A stretch of 64,000 bases of DNA, taken from the NCBI GenBank assembly GCA_016717115.1, contig JADKGE010000001.1, positions 573,598 through 637,597 of the forward strand. The letters run 5' to 3'. The translations under genes were made by a program, and so were the position numbers. Origin of the DNA: Actinomycetota bacterium (GTDB lineage Bacteria > Actinomycetota > Actinomycetes > S36-B12). Shown piece by piece: positions 1 through 8,901 of this stretch; position 1 is the stretch's first letter, and each line of letters starts with the position of its first letter. Below the pieces are notes generated by a model. It was not told the origin of the DNA and did not search any database. It saw only the letters and a list, made by a program, of their open reading frames with translations.

Positions 1-1
1 G

Positions 2-796
2 GACGACCTCGTCGCGGGCGAGATCGCCACCCGCGCGACCTCGTCCGAGGCGTCGCGCGCGCACGGCAGCGAACCCGCCGAGGTGCTCGCGGCTGTCGAG
101 CCCCGCCGTCGACAGGCGCGTCTTCTCGACATCATGATCCGGTCCGGTCCCTATGGGGACGGCTTCGGGTCGCACCCGGACGGGCTGTCGCTCGCGACCC
201 TGGAGGCCAGTCCGCATGGCATCGACCTCGGCCCGCTCGAGCCACGACTACCGGAGGTGCTCAGGACGCCGACCGGACGCATCGAGGCGGCGGCCCCGCA
301 ACTGCTCGATGAGGCGGCCCGCATGGCTGCCCTCATGCAGGCGACCGCGACCCTGCCGCCCGGTGACGGGCTCCTTCTCGTCGGCCGTCGCTCATTGCGC
401 AGCAACAACTCCTGGATGCACAACATCTCGCTGCTCGCGAGCGGCGCCAACCGCTGCACCCTGTGGCTCAACCCCGTCGACGCGACCGAGCGCGGGCTCG
501 CCGACGGCACGGACGCGGTCGTGACCAGCGCCACCGGAAGCGTGCTCGCCAACGTCGAGGTGACCGACGTCGTGCCGCCCGGCGTGGTGAGCCTGCCGCA
601 TGGCTGGGGCCACTCGGCGCCCGGCACGTGGGGGCCGGTGGCGACGGCACGCCCGGGCGTGAACTCGAACATCCTCACGCCGTCCGGGGGCCTCGACGCA
701 CTTGCCGGAACGGCGGTGCTCAACGGCATCCCGGTATCGGTGTCGGCGCCGGCAGCAGAGGGCGCAGCCGGCTCGGAGCCCAAGTCCGACCGCTAG
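2..796 (+). CDS. molybdopterin-dependent oxidoreductase, C-terminal part (5' end outside the window)
   Basis: The frame is open from the window edge to TAG 794-796. The C-terminal sequence looks like a molybdopterin-dinucleotide-binding domain (NPVDATERGLADGTDAVVTSATGSVLANVEVTDVVPPGVVSLPHGWGH), typical of formate dehydrogenase/nitrate reductase-family enzymes. Confidence 0.75.
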   Translation, partial: DDLVAGEIATRATSSEASRAHGSEPAEVLAAVEPRRRQARLLDIMIRSGPYGDGFGSHPDGLSLATLEASPHGIDLGPLEPRLPEVLRTPTGRIEAAAPQLLDEAARMAALMQATATLPPGDGLLLVGRRSLRSNNSWMHNISLLASGANRCTLWLNPVDATERGLADGTDAVVTSATGSVLANVEVTDVVPPGVVSLPHGWGHSAPGTWGPVATARPGVNSNILTPSGGLDALAGTAVLNGIPVSVSAPAAEGAAGSEPKSDR

Positions 797-797
797 C

Positions 798-1920
798 TGT
801 TCTGTCCATCGACGTTGGTAACGAGGCGCGTCAGCTGTTGACGTGGGGAAGGCCTCCTTGTGAGGTGTGAAGCGACCAAGCAATCACATTCACGAAGGAG
901 GCCTTCATGGCCCACGCTAATGCCCCGTTGTCCGAGCTGGGCCGGTTGAAGCTGGCCCGGTTCCATGTTGAGTCGGGGTCGACGATCCGTGGGACTGCGG
1001 AGCGGTTCCAGGTCTCGACCACGACGGTGATCCGATGGTCGCGTCGGTATCGGGCGGTGTTGGCCGCCGGGATGACACCGACGTCGCGGGACATGGTCGA
1101 TGTCTCGAGCCGGCCGCACCGATCGCCGACGCGGACCAGGCGCCGGATCGAGAGGAGGGTCAAGCACCTGCGAACGAAGCGGCGGTTCGGGCCGGTCCAG
1201 ATCGCGGGCCGGGTCGGGATCCCCGCCTCGACCGTGCACCGGATCCTGGTCCGCGAGGGCCTCAACCGGCTCGATCACATGGACCGGGCCACCGGTGAGG
1301 TCATCCGCTACGAGCGGGACCGGCCCGGGGACCTGCTGCACGTGGACGTGAAGAAGTTCGGCCTGATCCCTCCCGGCGGCGGATGGAAGGTCAACGGACG
1401 CGCTGGGTTCCAGACCGGACGCAAGCAGATCGAGGCCGACCGCCGCCAGCAGCGGTCCCGACGAGGAACCGGAAGGGCGGGCTACGCGTTCGTCCACTCC
1501 GCAGTCGACGACCACTCCCGCCTGGCCTACTCCGAGGTCCACGACGACGAGACCAAGGCGACCACCGTGGCCTTCTGGACGCGTGCGATCGCGTTCTACG
1601 CCTCGCACGGATCACCGTCACCGAGGTCATCAGCGATAACGGCCCGGCCTACCGCTCCACCGACTGGGTCCGGCTGAACACCGACCTCGGCATCGCCATC
1701 CGCCGCACCCGGCCATACCGACCCCAGACCAACGGCAAGGTCGAGCGCTACCAGCGGACCCTGCGCGACGAATGGGGCTACGCCAAGGCCTACTCCTCCG
1801 AATCAGCCCGCCGGAAGGCCTTGACCAGCTGGCTCCACATCTACAACCATCACAGGCCACACACCGCACTCGGCGGCAAGCCACCGGTCACCCGCGTGAC
1901 CAACCTGCTTGGACAGAACA
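798..1920 (+). mobile_element. IS481-family insertion sequence, copy A (1123 bp)
   Basis: Near-identical to the inverted copy at 24869-25993. Imperfect terminal inverted repeats: TGTTCTGTCCATCGACGTTGGTAACG and, as reverse complement, TGTTCTGTCCAAGCAGGTTGGTCACG. The left flank is GCTAGC and the right flank is GCTGC, which is GCTAGC minus the A. This fits the NCTAGN target typical of IS481. Confidence 0.9.
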
Positions 1921-1949
1921 GCTGCCGACCGATGTCTCCGGCGCCCTGA
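907..1949 (+). pseudogene. IS481-family DDE transposase, frameshifted
   Basis: The gene is split into ORFs 907-1677 and 1383-1949. Copy A has GG at about 1609-1610 where copy B has GGG. The second ORF carries the conserved C-terminus WLHIYNHHRPHTALGGKPP. The frame runs past the IS end because the flanking TAG has lost its A. Confidence 0.85.
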
Positions 1950-2807
1950 CGCCCCTCACAATCGCAGCGACAAGGGGAACCGTCTGACGCGAGCCCCGCG
2001 GCGAAAAGGGGCCTACGCGGCGGCCTGACGATTGCGGGGCTGGACGGATCGGCGATCAGGAGCCCGACGCCGATCCGGGTGCCGCTCTCGTGAGGGCCAG
2101 CGCACCGATTGTGTACAGGGGCAGAGTCGTGGTCGGCATGAGGCCTCCTCTGATCAGGTCGACCCGCCACGATCGCCCCGGACGACGCCTCTCCGTCGTG
2201 GGCGAGGGGGCGGTGGATAGGTGGCGTCCGACGACCTGGTTAGCGTCGAGTCGTGCGGGCCGCGTGCGAACGTGCCCTGTTGCAGGCGGCAGGCGGCGCC
2301 GGCAGCCGGCACGGCCCGGTTTCGGGAATCTCCCGCTTTGTAACGGTGACGTCGTACCACTGGCGATGCCGGGCCGCGGCAGCGGCAGATCGGAGTTCGA
2401 GGCGGCACGTCCACTACATGCAGTCACGGCTGAAGATCACGCTGGCCCTCGTTGCCCCAGTGGGTAGCCGTCGAAGGTGCCGAAGGGCTCGATGATGTCA
2501 GCGTCGGTGGTTGGCGTGAAATAGGTGAGCTGGGCGACCAGCCGGGTGTTGGCCTTGGCCGTCGCTGCCGCCCCTGAGCCGAAGCCATGTCCGGGCCGCT
2601 TGCTGACTCGACGGCCCCCCGCTCCGCTTGGCGTAAACCCGCCTCCGCGTGGCACATCTGCGCCTTAACGGTGACCGTAGCCGTGACCGGCGCCGATGGC
2701 TGGAGGTGTGGTGCCGGTACCGGACCCGAACCCGCCGCTGGACACACGAGGCCGGCACTGCCCGCGCGCGTGGTCGGGATGACGTCCGCTCGCCGTCGGC
2801 CCCTGTC

Positions 2808-4050
2808 TCACGGCATGCTGCTGCAGGAGCACCAGTATTGGTCGGGCGTCGGTGCGGTCAGGTGGTGCGCACGTACGTCGGGGCTGGTCTGTGGCATTCC
2901 AGTGGCCAGATGTTCCAGGCGAGCGGATAGGGCACCGATCGAGGGCGGGACGTTGCATCCGTCGGCGAGGATGGCGGCCCCGGCGCCGGTGGTTGTTGGG
3001 AGCCGGTCGCTTTCGGCGAAGGCGGGGATGAAGTCACCCCAGGAATCGCCGGACACGTTGGTGTTCGGGTCGAAGGGATCCGCCGTGCGTGTCATGTCCG
3101 GTCTCGATGTCGTGCTGCAGCTCGGCCGGGCTGGCGGCCCAGGCGGCCGTTCGCAAGTACGGGCGGGCAACGGATCCCGTGGCATGGCACAGGGTGACGA
3201 AGAATCGTGCTGCCCGGAAGCCAGGAACGACCGGGATCTGCGGCACATGGGGCAGCACCGGCACCGTGGGGGTGATCGGCTTGCGCGGGCTTGTTCGGCA
3301 CGGTGGGGCACCGTGGGGTGATCGGCTTGGCGGGCTTGTTCGGCACCGTGGGCACTGTGGGGTGATCGGCTTGGCGAGGGCTTGTTCGGCACGGTGGGCA
3401 CTGTGGGGGTGATCGGCTTAGCGGGCTTGTTCGGCACCGTGGGCACAGTCGGCGTGATCGGCACCGCCGGGCGGTTCGGATCAACCGGGTCGACAGGCTC
3501 GGGGACAGCGCAGCCGTTGGCCAGGATGTCAGCCGGAAGCGTGTTGTTCAAGCCCGGGAAGTCCCCCACGGCAAGGATGAGGGTCGCCCCAGTTGTCACC
3601 TGATTGGCTTGTCGCGGGATCGAAGACGGGCCCCGGCGTGCCCCCGTCGTGACCGTTGATGGCCGACTCAGCGACAGTGATCAGGGTGTAGATTGGCTAC
3701 CGGAACTCGTTGCGTGGCACAGCGTGACCTTCTCGTTGCCTCGAGCTTCGTTGGACGTGGTGGATGCCGCATCGGAGGTGGTGGATGCTGCGCATCGGTC
3801 CGGCGCGGGCAACTCGGTTACGGGGGCGAGGGGCGCCGTCGCGGGGATCCGGGAAGATCGGCAACGGAAGGGGGCTGGGGGACGTTACGGCCACTTCAGG
3901 TGGGGAGTGGGGCGAGGCGGGCACTTGCGGTGTTTGGGACAAAAGTGAGGTCGCCGTCGCCAAGCAGGCGGCTATGAAGGTTCCTAGACGGACGATCGGC
4001 CCACGGTACTGGTGTTCCCACTGCTCTCCTCCCTTGAGAGGGTGCACCAA
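2808..4050 (-). pseudogene. secreted proline-rich tandem-repeat protein, multiple frame disruptions
   Basis: Signal-peptide-like N-terminus (RLGTFIAACLATATSLLSQTP). A KVTLCHATSSGS motif is followed, in another frame, by IYTLITVAESAINGHDGG. The module DP..SGD.WGD.IPAF...ILA.GC.VP occurs twice. A 15-aa PAKPITPTVPTVPNK repeat block is present. The coding sense jumps between all three frames. Confidence 0.5.
3251..3465. repeat. about 45-bp tandem repeat, about 4.5 copies (units 3291-3335, 3336-3381, 3382-3426 and partial flanking units)
   Basis: Direct reading shows the unit TTGTTCGGCAC(C/G)GTGGGCAC(T/C)GTGGGGTGATCGGCTTGGCGGGC repeated head to tail. Unit lengths are 45, 46 and 45 bp. On the minus strand the unit encodes PAKPITPTVPTVPNK. 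Confidence 0.85.
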
Positions 4051-4098
4051 CTCGACAGGCCGCCAGACCCGGGCAGGTGCGAGGTCTTAGGGAAGTCG

Positions 4099-4698
4099 CT
4101 ACTTGACGTTCTGGATGAGTTTGGCGCTTTGAGCCACACGCAGGGCGCAGGACTCCATCCCGGCCTGGTCCCTCAGCAGCCGGCGTCACGATCTCGCCTG
4201 CGGGCCGGCCGGAGAGCCGTCCAGCCGCCCAGCACCCGGGTGCCGATCTTGATGGTCGACGCGGCGATGACGAGGCCATCGTTCCAGCACACGCGGGTCG
4301 CGCGGTCTGCCGGGATGGCATTCTCCCGAGTCAGAGTGCATTGGTAGCCCTTGCTGACGTCCGCGCCGAAGACCGGACCGGCCGACAGCTTCCGAGGACC
4401 GCCTGCGTGAGCGGCTTCGGATTCGTGTAGTGGAGCAGGGTGACGCCGGCGCGCGGCTCGGTGCTACCCGGGGCGAGGAACGACTGCGACCACATTGTCG
4501 GCGTCAACTTGACGACTCCGACGGTCAAAGGGCACGGCCACCCCGGTTGCCGTGGCGGCCTGCTCGGACGTGAGCAGCCAGTCGGTGTTGTTCGGCGGCA
4601 GTTGCTCTGCACTCGCCGAGGACCGACGCCGATCGCGAGTGCAGCCGCCACGTTGGAACGATGACAAGAGCGCCAAGACGTCTGGACACCGTGCGCAT
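4099..4698 (-). pseudogene. small secreted Cys-containing protein of unknown function, multiple frame disruptions
   Basis: SD AGGAGA precedes ATG at 4698. The N-terminus MRTVSRRLGALVIV looks like a signal peptide. Protein-like sense continues in other frames: NTDWLLTSEQAATATGVAVP, TLLHYTNPKPLTQAVLG, FGADVSKGYQCTLTRENAIPADRATRVCWNDGLVIAASTIKIGTRVLGGW and LLRDQAGMESCALRVAQSAKLIQNVK*. Confidence 0.4.
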
Positions 4699-4834
4699 GA
4701 CTCTCCTGAAGTAGCAGTAGACCTGAGGGGAAGGTACCACCAGGAGGACTTCTGACGCGATGCCCCAAAGGGTCCCGTCGACCCGCTGCTGTCCTTATGA
4801 TGACGATGTTGGAGTGGTCTGACCGGGAGGCACC

Positions 4835-5544
4835 ATGAATCGTTCGCGCACGCGCAAGGTCGTCGTGGCCACCGCACCTCGCGGGTGGGCTCATCGCCGC
4901 CGTCGCGCCGCAGGCCTCGCCGCCCCGCGGACTCGCAAGGCGGATCTGGTGGTTGGGTGCCCTTCTTCGCGAGCGGCTCATTGCAGAACAGCGCATGGGC
5001 CAACTGCGCCGATCCGATCGTGCTGACCGTCGACCCACGAGCCCCTGCCGAAGGCGCAGCAGAAGTCCGCCAAGGACGCGTTCGCCGCATCCGTGAAGAA
5101 CTGGGCGGCTCAAACCGGACTTCACTTCACGTTCGGCGGTGTGACACCCGTGAACTACAACGACACCACCTACGTCATCAGCCCTGTCGATGGCGTCGAT
5201 CGCCCTCGTCACATGTACATCACGGTGCTGACCAACGACGAGTCCACCTACCTCACTGACACCGTCGTCGGGTTCGCCATGCCGACGACCGTCAATGCTG
5301 CGAACAAGGAGATCATCCAGGCGGAAGGGGCCTTCCGTACCGACTACGTCGCCGGAAGCACCAAGGAGCAGCGCGTCGCGGTGTTCATGCACGAACTGGG
5401 ACACGCTCTCGGACTCGGCCACAGCAGCAGCAAGGGCGACATCATGTACCCCATCGTCGACAAGCAGACCACGCGCTCGGCCCCGGCGACATCGCCGGCA
5501 TTCAGGCCATCATGCGCCCCTGCGCCACCACCCCGACCCCCTAG
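4835..5544 (+). pseudogene. matrixin-like (metzincin) zinc metalloprotease, about 4 frame disruptions
   Basis: SD GGGAGG precedes ATG at 4835. Zinc-binding and Met-turn motifs read HELGHALGLGHSSSKGDIMYP. The C-terminal LGPGDIAGIQAIM is readable only in another frame, and the N-terminal region also needs frame changes (for example at the CCCC run near 5040). Confidence 0.7.
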
Positions 5545-5887
5545 AGGGGCCGCTCGCGACGCGGCAACCTGCTGACCACCGCGGCGTAGGAGCCGTCGAC
5601 CGCGTCAGGTACCTCGTCGTCGGGGATTCCCGCGCCGACTCGCAGCGTGTTCCAGCCCGAACGACCGAGATAGGCCATCACCGACGCATCTTGGGGGTAC
5701 CGGGTGAGCCATTCATTGGCCTCGTCCCGCGAGTCGGCGCACTTCAGTCCGACGCTGTCGCTGCCGGGCTCGCCGAGGAAGGCGAAGATCCGGCTGCCCA
5801 CCTTGACGACGATGGTGCCCTCCCACGGCTCGTCTTGCCAGGCACCCGCATGGCGAGGCAGTGCTCGAGCACGTCGTCGGCGTCCAT
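5541..5887 (-). pseudogene. MmcQ/YjbR-family protein, one frameshift
   Basis: The C-terminal ORF 5541-5801 reads SRIFAFLGEPGSDSVGLKCADSRDEANEWLTRYPQDASVMAYLGRSGWNTLRV. The ATG at 5887 (MDADDVLEHCLAM) is in a different frame. The length of 347 nt is consistent with one missing base near 5845. Confidence 0.6.
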
Positions 5888-5888
5888 G

Positions 5889-7422
5889 TCAGCCGTCGTA
5901 GTAGTCGCTCAGCCGCGCGAGCAGCTGAGCGTGTGCGGGGCGAGCGCCGCCACCCGATCGAGCCAGGCCCGATCGGTGGCGAGGGGCTCGGGCGGTGGGA
6001 CGACGAGCGTCGTGGCTCCGCGGCCGTGAGTGCTCGATCCAGGGCATCGGCCGTGCCGGGCGGTCCGGATGGCATGTCGGGGATGAACTCGAGACGGTCG
6101 AGGTCCCGTCCCCCTGAGCGGGCGCGGATCACGGCTGCACCCGGATCGCGATGGACGTCGTCGAGCACGGCCATCCCCTCCGCCCACGACATCGTCGCCT
6201 CGCGGCGCTGCGCGGGATTGGACGGGAGGAGGTCATCCGGCAGCGTCATCACGATCCCCCTGCGTCGACCCGCGACCTGGATCGGCTCGATGCCGTCGGC
6301 CCCCGCAGCAGTGAGCAGGAGGTCATCCCGTACACGGGGCGTCCGCCGACGACGACCAGCGTGATGTGCGGCTCGCGGGCCGCGATGAGCGAGCGGTACG
6401 GATCGGCGTCGCGCGCCGAGTGGACGGTGAGGTCGGCGAGCGCGCCTGCCTGGATGCGCCCGACAGGCACCTGCCACGCCCGTTCCATCGTGAGGCCGGG
6501 ATTGCGGGTTCCGAGTTCGCACAGCTCCAGTGGCGTCAGCTCACCGCCCAGCTGCTCACGGTTCCACAGGTCGGCGACTTTCAACTCCCACAGCAGGCTG
6601 CGCGTCCCCGACGGCGCCCAGTCGGAGCCCAGGCAGACCAGGTGGCCGTGCTCCCGCGCGGCCACGATGTCGGTCGTCCCGCCGTAGAGCCACACGTTCG
6701 AGAACGGTGACCAGACGATGGCGCCGGGCGGCGACCAGTCCGCGTAGTCGGCGGCGGTGAGGGCGGTGGAGTGGATGCCGATGAGCCCCGGTCCTACGCA
6801 GTGGTGCGCGGCGAGCTCGCCGTACTCCTTGCGCAGGGCCGCCGAGGTGCCCTCGGCCAGGTGATAGAACAGCGAGACGCCGCCGGCCATCTCCGTGGCG
6901 TAGCGGTTCAACTGTCCGGCCTCGCCCTTGAGCACCGACTGGCGAACGGTGTCAGGCCCGCCGACGGGGTCCTTCTCCACGTTGCGGAGCATCCACCCAG
7001 GGAAGGCGCGGGTGGTGGGGAGACCCCTGAATGGAGGTGACGCCCCGACGACGGCCTTCACCTCGGCATACCGGAGTGCGGCGGCCGCCGCCGCGATGCC
7101 CAGCGCCTGCGCGGGACTCGAGATGTCCCGACCGTAGGTCTTGGCGGTGGGCCATTGGTAGCGCGTCGTGTACGGGGTGGTTCTCGGCGCCTGCCAGAGC
7201 GGGAGGGGTGTTGTAGGCGAGATGGTTGTGCAGGTCCATCAGGCCGGGCGTGATGATGCTTCTCGTCGAGACGAGGCGGGCATCTGCGTAACCAGCGAGC
7301 CGCCGGCGCCTAGATGACTGCACCGCCTCGATCCGGCCATCGCGAATGTAAACGCTGGCGCGGGGCTCGACGCAGCGATCATCGTCGAAGGTGACCACGG
7401 TGCCCGTGAGGATGAGAGCCAT
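5889..7422 (-). pseudogene. amidohydrolase-family protein, at least 5 frame disruptions
   Basis: SD AGGAGG precedes ATG at 7422. The N-terminus reads ITPGLMDLHNHLAYNT. Other frames carry LPLWQAPRTTPYTTRYQWP, GVTSIQGSP, SLFYHLAEGTS, VCLGSDWAPSG and VVGGRPVYG. The C-terminal LSDYYDG* ends 1 nt before the YjbR start. Confidence 0.6.
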
Positions 7423-7480
7423 CGCTACCTCCTGTGCCAGCAGAGGGGCTCGACGCTAGCCCAACCGTGGCTCGCGCACC

Positions 7481-8293
7481 ATGGGCGCGGAGCGCGGCTA
7501 CGCTCCCAACGTGGGCGGGAAGAGGCGCGAGGATGACGAGTTGTGCGCCGTGGTTCTCGCCGCCGGACGGGGCACGCGCCTTCGACCGCTGACCTCGGTG
7601 CTGCCGAAGGCGCTGTGCCCGGTCGGCAACGTCGCCTTGGTCGACCTCGCGCTCGCATCGGTGCGGCCCTTCGCGGCGGACGTCGCCGTCAACGTGCACC
7701 ACCTGTCCGCGGCGGTCGTCGACCACCTGTCACGGGACCGGCCGGAGGTACACGTGTCGGACGAGACCGACCGGCTGCTGGGATCTGCAGGCGCCTTGGG
7801 CAGGCTCAAGCCCTGGATCGACGGCAGGGCCGTGCTCGTGCGCAACAGCGACGCCTACCTCACCGGGTCGCTTACGGAGCTTGTCGAGGGATGGGACGGC
7901 CAGCGACCCCGGTTGCTGGGCCGTCGGGGGCGTCCGCCGCCGACTTCGGGGACATCCAGTACGTCGGAGCCTGCCTTCTGCCCGCCGACATCGTCGCCGG
8001 CTTGGCGGAGCGGCCCTCCGGGGCTGTACGACCTCGTCTGGCGGCCCCACTGGGAACGAGGCGAGATCGAGTTCGTCATGACGACTGGGGAGTTCGTCGA
8101 CTGCGGCACGCCTCGCGACTACCTGAGGGCGAACCTCGTGGCGAGCGGTGGCAGGAGCGTCATCGGCGCGGGTGCGCGTGTGCTCGGGTCGGTCGTGCGC
8201 ACGGTCGTGTGGCCTGGGGGAGAGGTGGCGGCGGACGAGGTCCTGCATGACTGCATCCGAGTCGGGCGGGATCTCACCGTCGATGCCCGCTGA
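7481..8293 (+). CDS. sugar-phosphate nucleotidyltransferase-family protein
   Basis: N-terminal signature AVVLAAGRGTRLRPLT. The true start may be TTG at 7541, which has a GAGGA SD 7 nt upstream. The middle section (about 7920-8020) reads better in another frame (see findings). Confidence 0.7.
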   Translation: MGAERGYAPNVGGKRREDDELCAVVLAAGRGTRLRPLTSVLPKALCPVGNVALVDLALASVRPFAADVAVNVHHLSAAVVDHLSRDRPEVHVSDETDRLLGSAGALGRLKPWIDGRAVLVRNSDAYLTGSLTELVEGWDGQRPRLLGRRGRPPPTSGTSSTSEPAFCPPTSSPAWRSGPPGLYDLVWRPHWERGEIEFVMTTGEFVDCGTPRDYLRANLVASGGRSVIGAGARVLGSVVRTVVWPGGEVAADEVLHDCIRVGRDLTVDAR

Positions 8294-8361
8294 TCGAGCG
8301 GCGGCGCGCCCGTCCCCCCGCACGCGGTCCGATCTTCCTTTCGAAGGCGATCGGGGTTTCA

Positions 8362-8895
8362 ATGGAGGTGTCGAGTGCGTTCCGGTTCGCTCGGAGGAAG
8401 GAGGTGGCGCATGCTGGTTCTCGTCTTCGACGCCGAGGGTCCCTCATCGCCCACCGCGCCACCCTCGGGCAGCGGCTCCTGGCGAAGTGCACGTCGGGAC
8501 GGCTGGACCGGGCCTTGGCCCAGGGTGCGTCGCCCGAGTCGTCCGTCCTTCTGGCCATCCGCGCCCAGCAGCTCGTCGACGCGCATATGAGGTTCGTGCT
8601 CGCCGACTCGCTTCGTGAACTCGCCGACGAAGCGACCGGTTCGGCCACGCATCGCGGCTCCCGCGTGCCGATGGACTGGCCCGCCGTGCGCGCCGTGGCC
8701 GGCGACCTCCGGGCGCTCGCGTCGCGTCTCCTGGAGCGCGCGCCCGCGCCGGTCCGCGGCGTGGCCCAGGTCAACGTGCTTCTCACCGATGGCGGCGGCC
8801 CGCTCTACTCGCCGCACTCACCACACTCGCTGAAGGACCTTCGGGTCGCCGTGAGTGACGCGAACCGGGCGCTGGATCCACTCGGCCAGTACTGA
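8362..8895 (+). CDS. hypothetical protein
   Basis: 177-aa ORF with helical, protein-like composition. I recognise no family and see no clear SD. Confidence 0.35.
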   Translation: MEVSSAFRFARRKEVAHAGSRLRRRGSLIAHRATLGQRLLAKCTSGRLDRALAQGASPESSVLLAIRAQQLVDAHMRFVLADSLRELADEATGSATHRGSRVPMDWPAVRAVAGDLRALASRLLERAPAPVRGVAQVNVLLTDGGGPLYSPHSPHSLKDLRVAVSDANRALDPLGQY

Positions 8896-8901
8896 CGAGC
8901 C

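Noticed and set aside
2437-2958. A Gly-rich minus-strand reading frame (SSGGFGSGTGTTPPAIGAGHGYGHR * GADVPRGGGF...LTYFTPTTDADIIEPFGTFDGYPLG) might be a nonsense-mutated gene.
   Set aside because: I recognise no family, start or SD. It overlaps the 3' end of the repeat-protein gene, and GC-rich DNA readily yields Gly-rich frames. I cannot support it as a feature.
3251-3465. The regularly spaced repeats might be a CRISPR array.
   Set aside because: The units are directly contiguous 45-46-bp copies with no unique spacers. They translate into a Pro-rich peptide repeat inside a larger coding region. No cas genes are present in the window.
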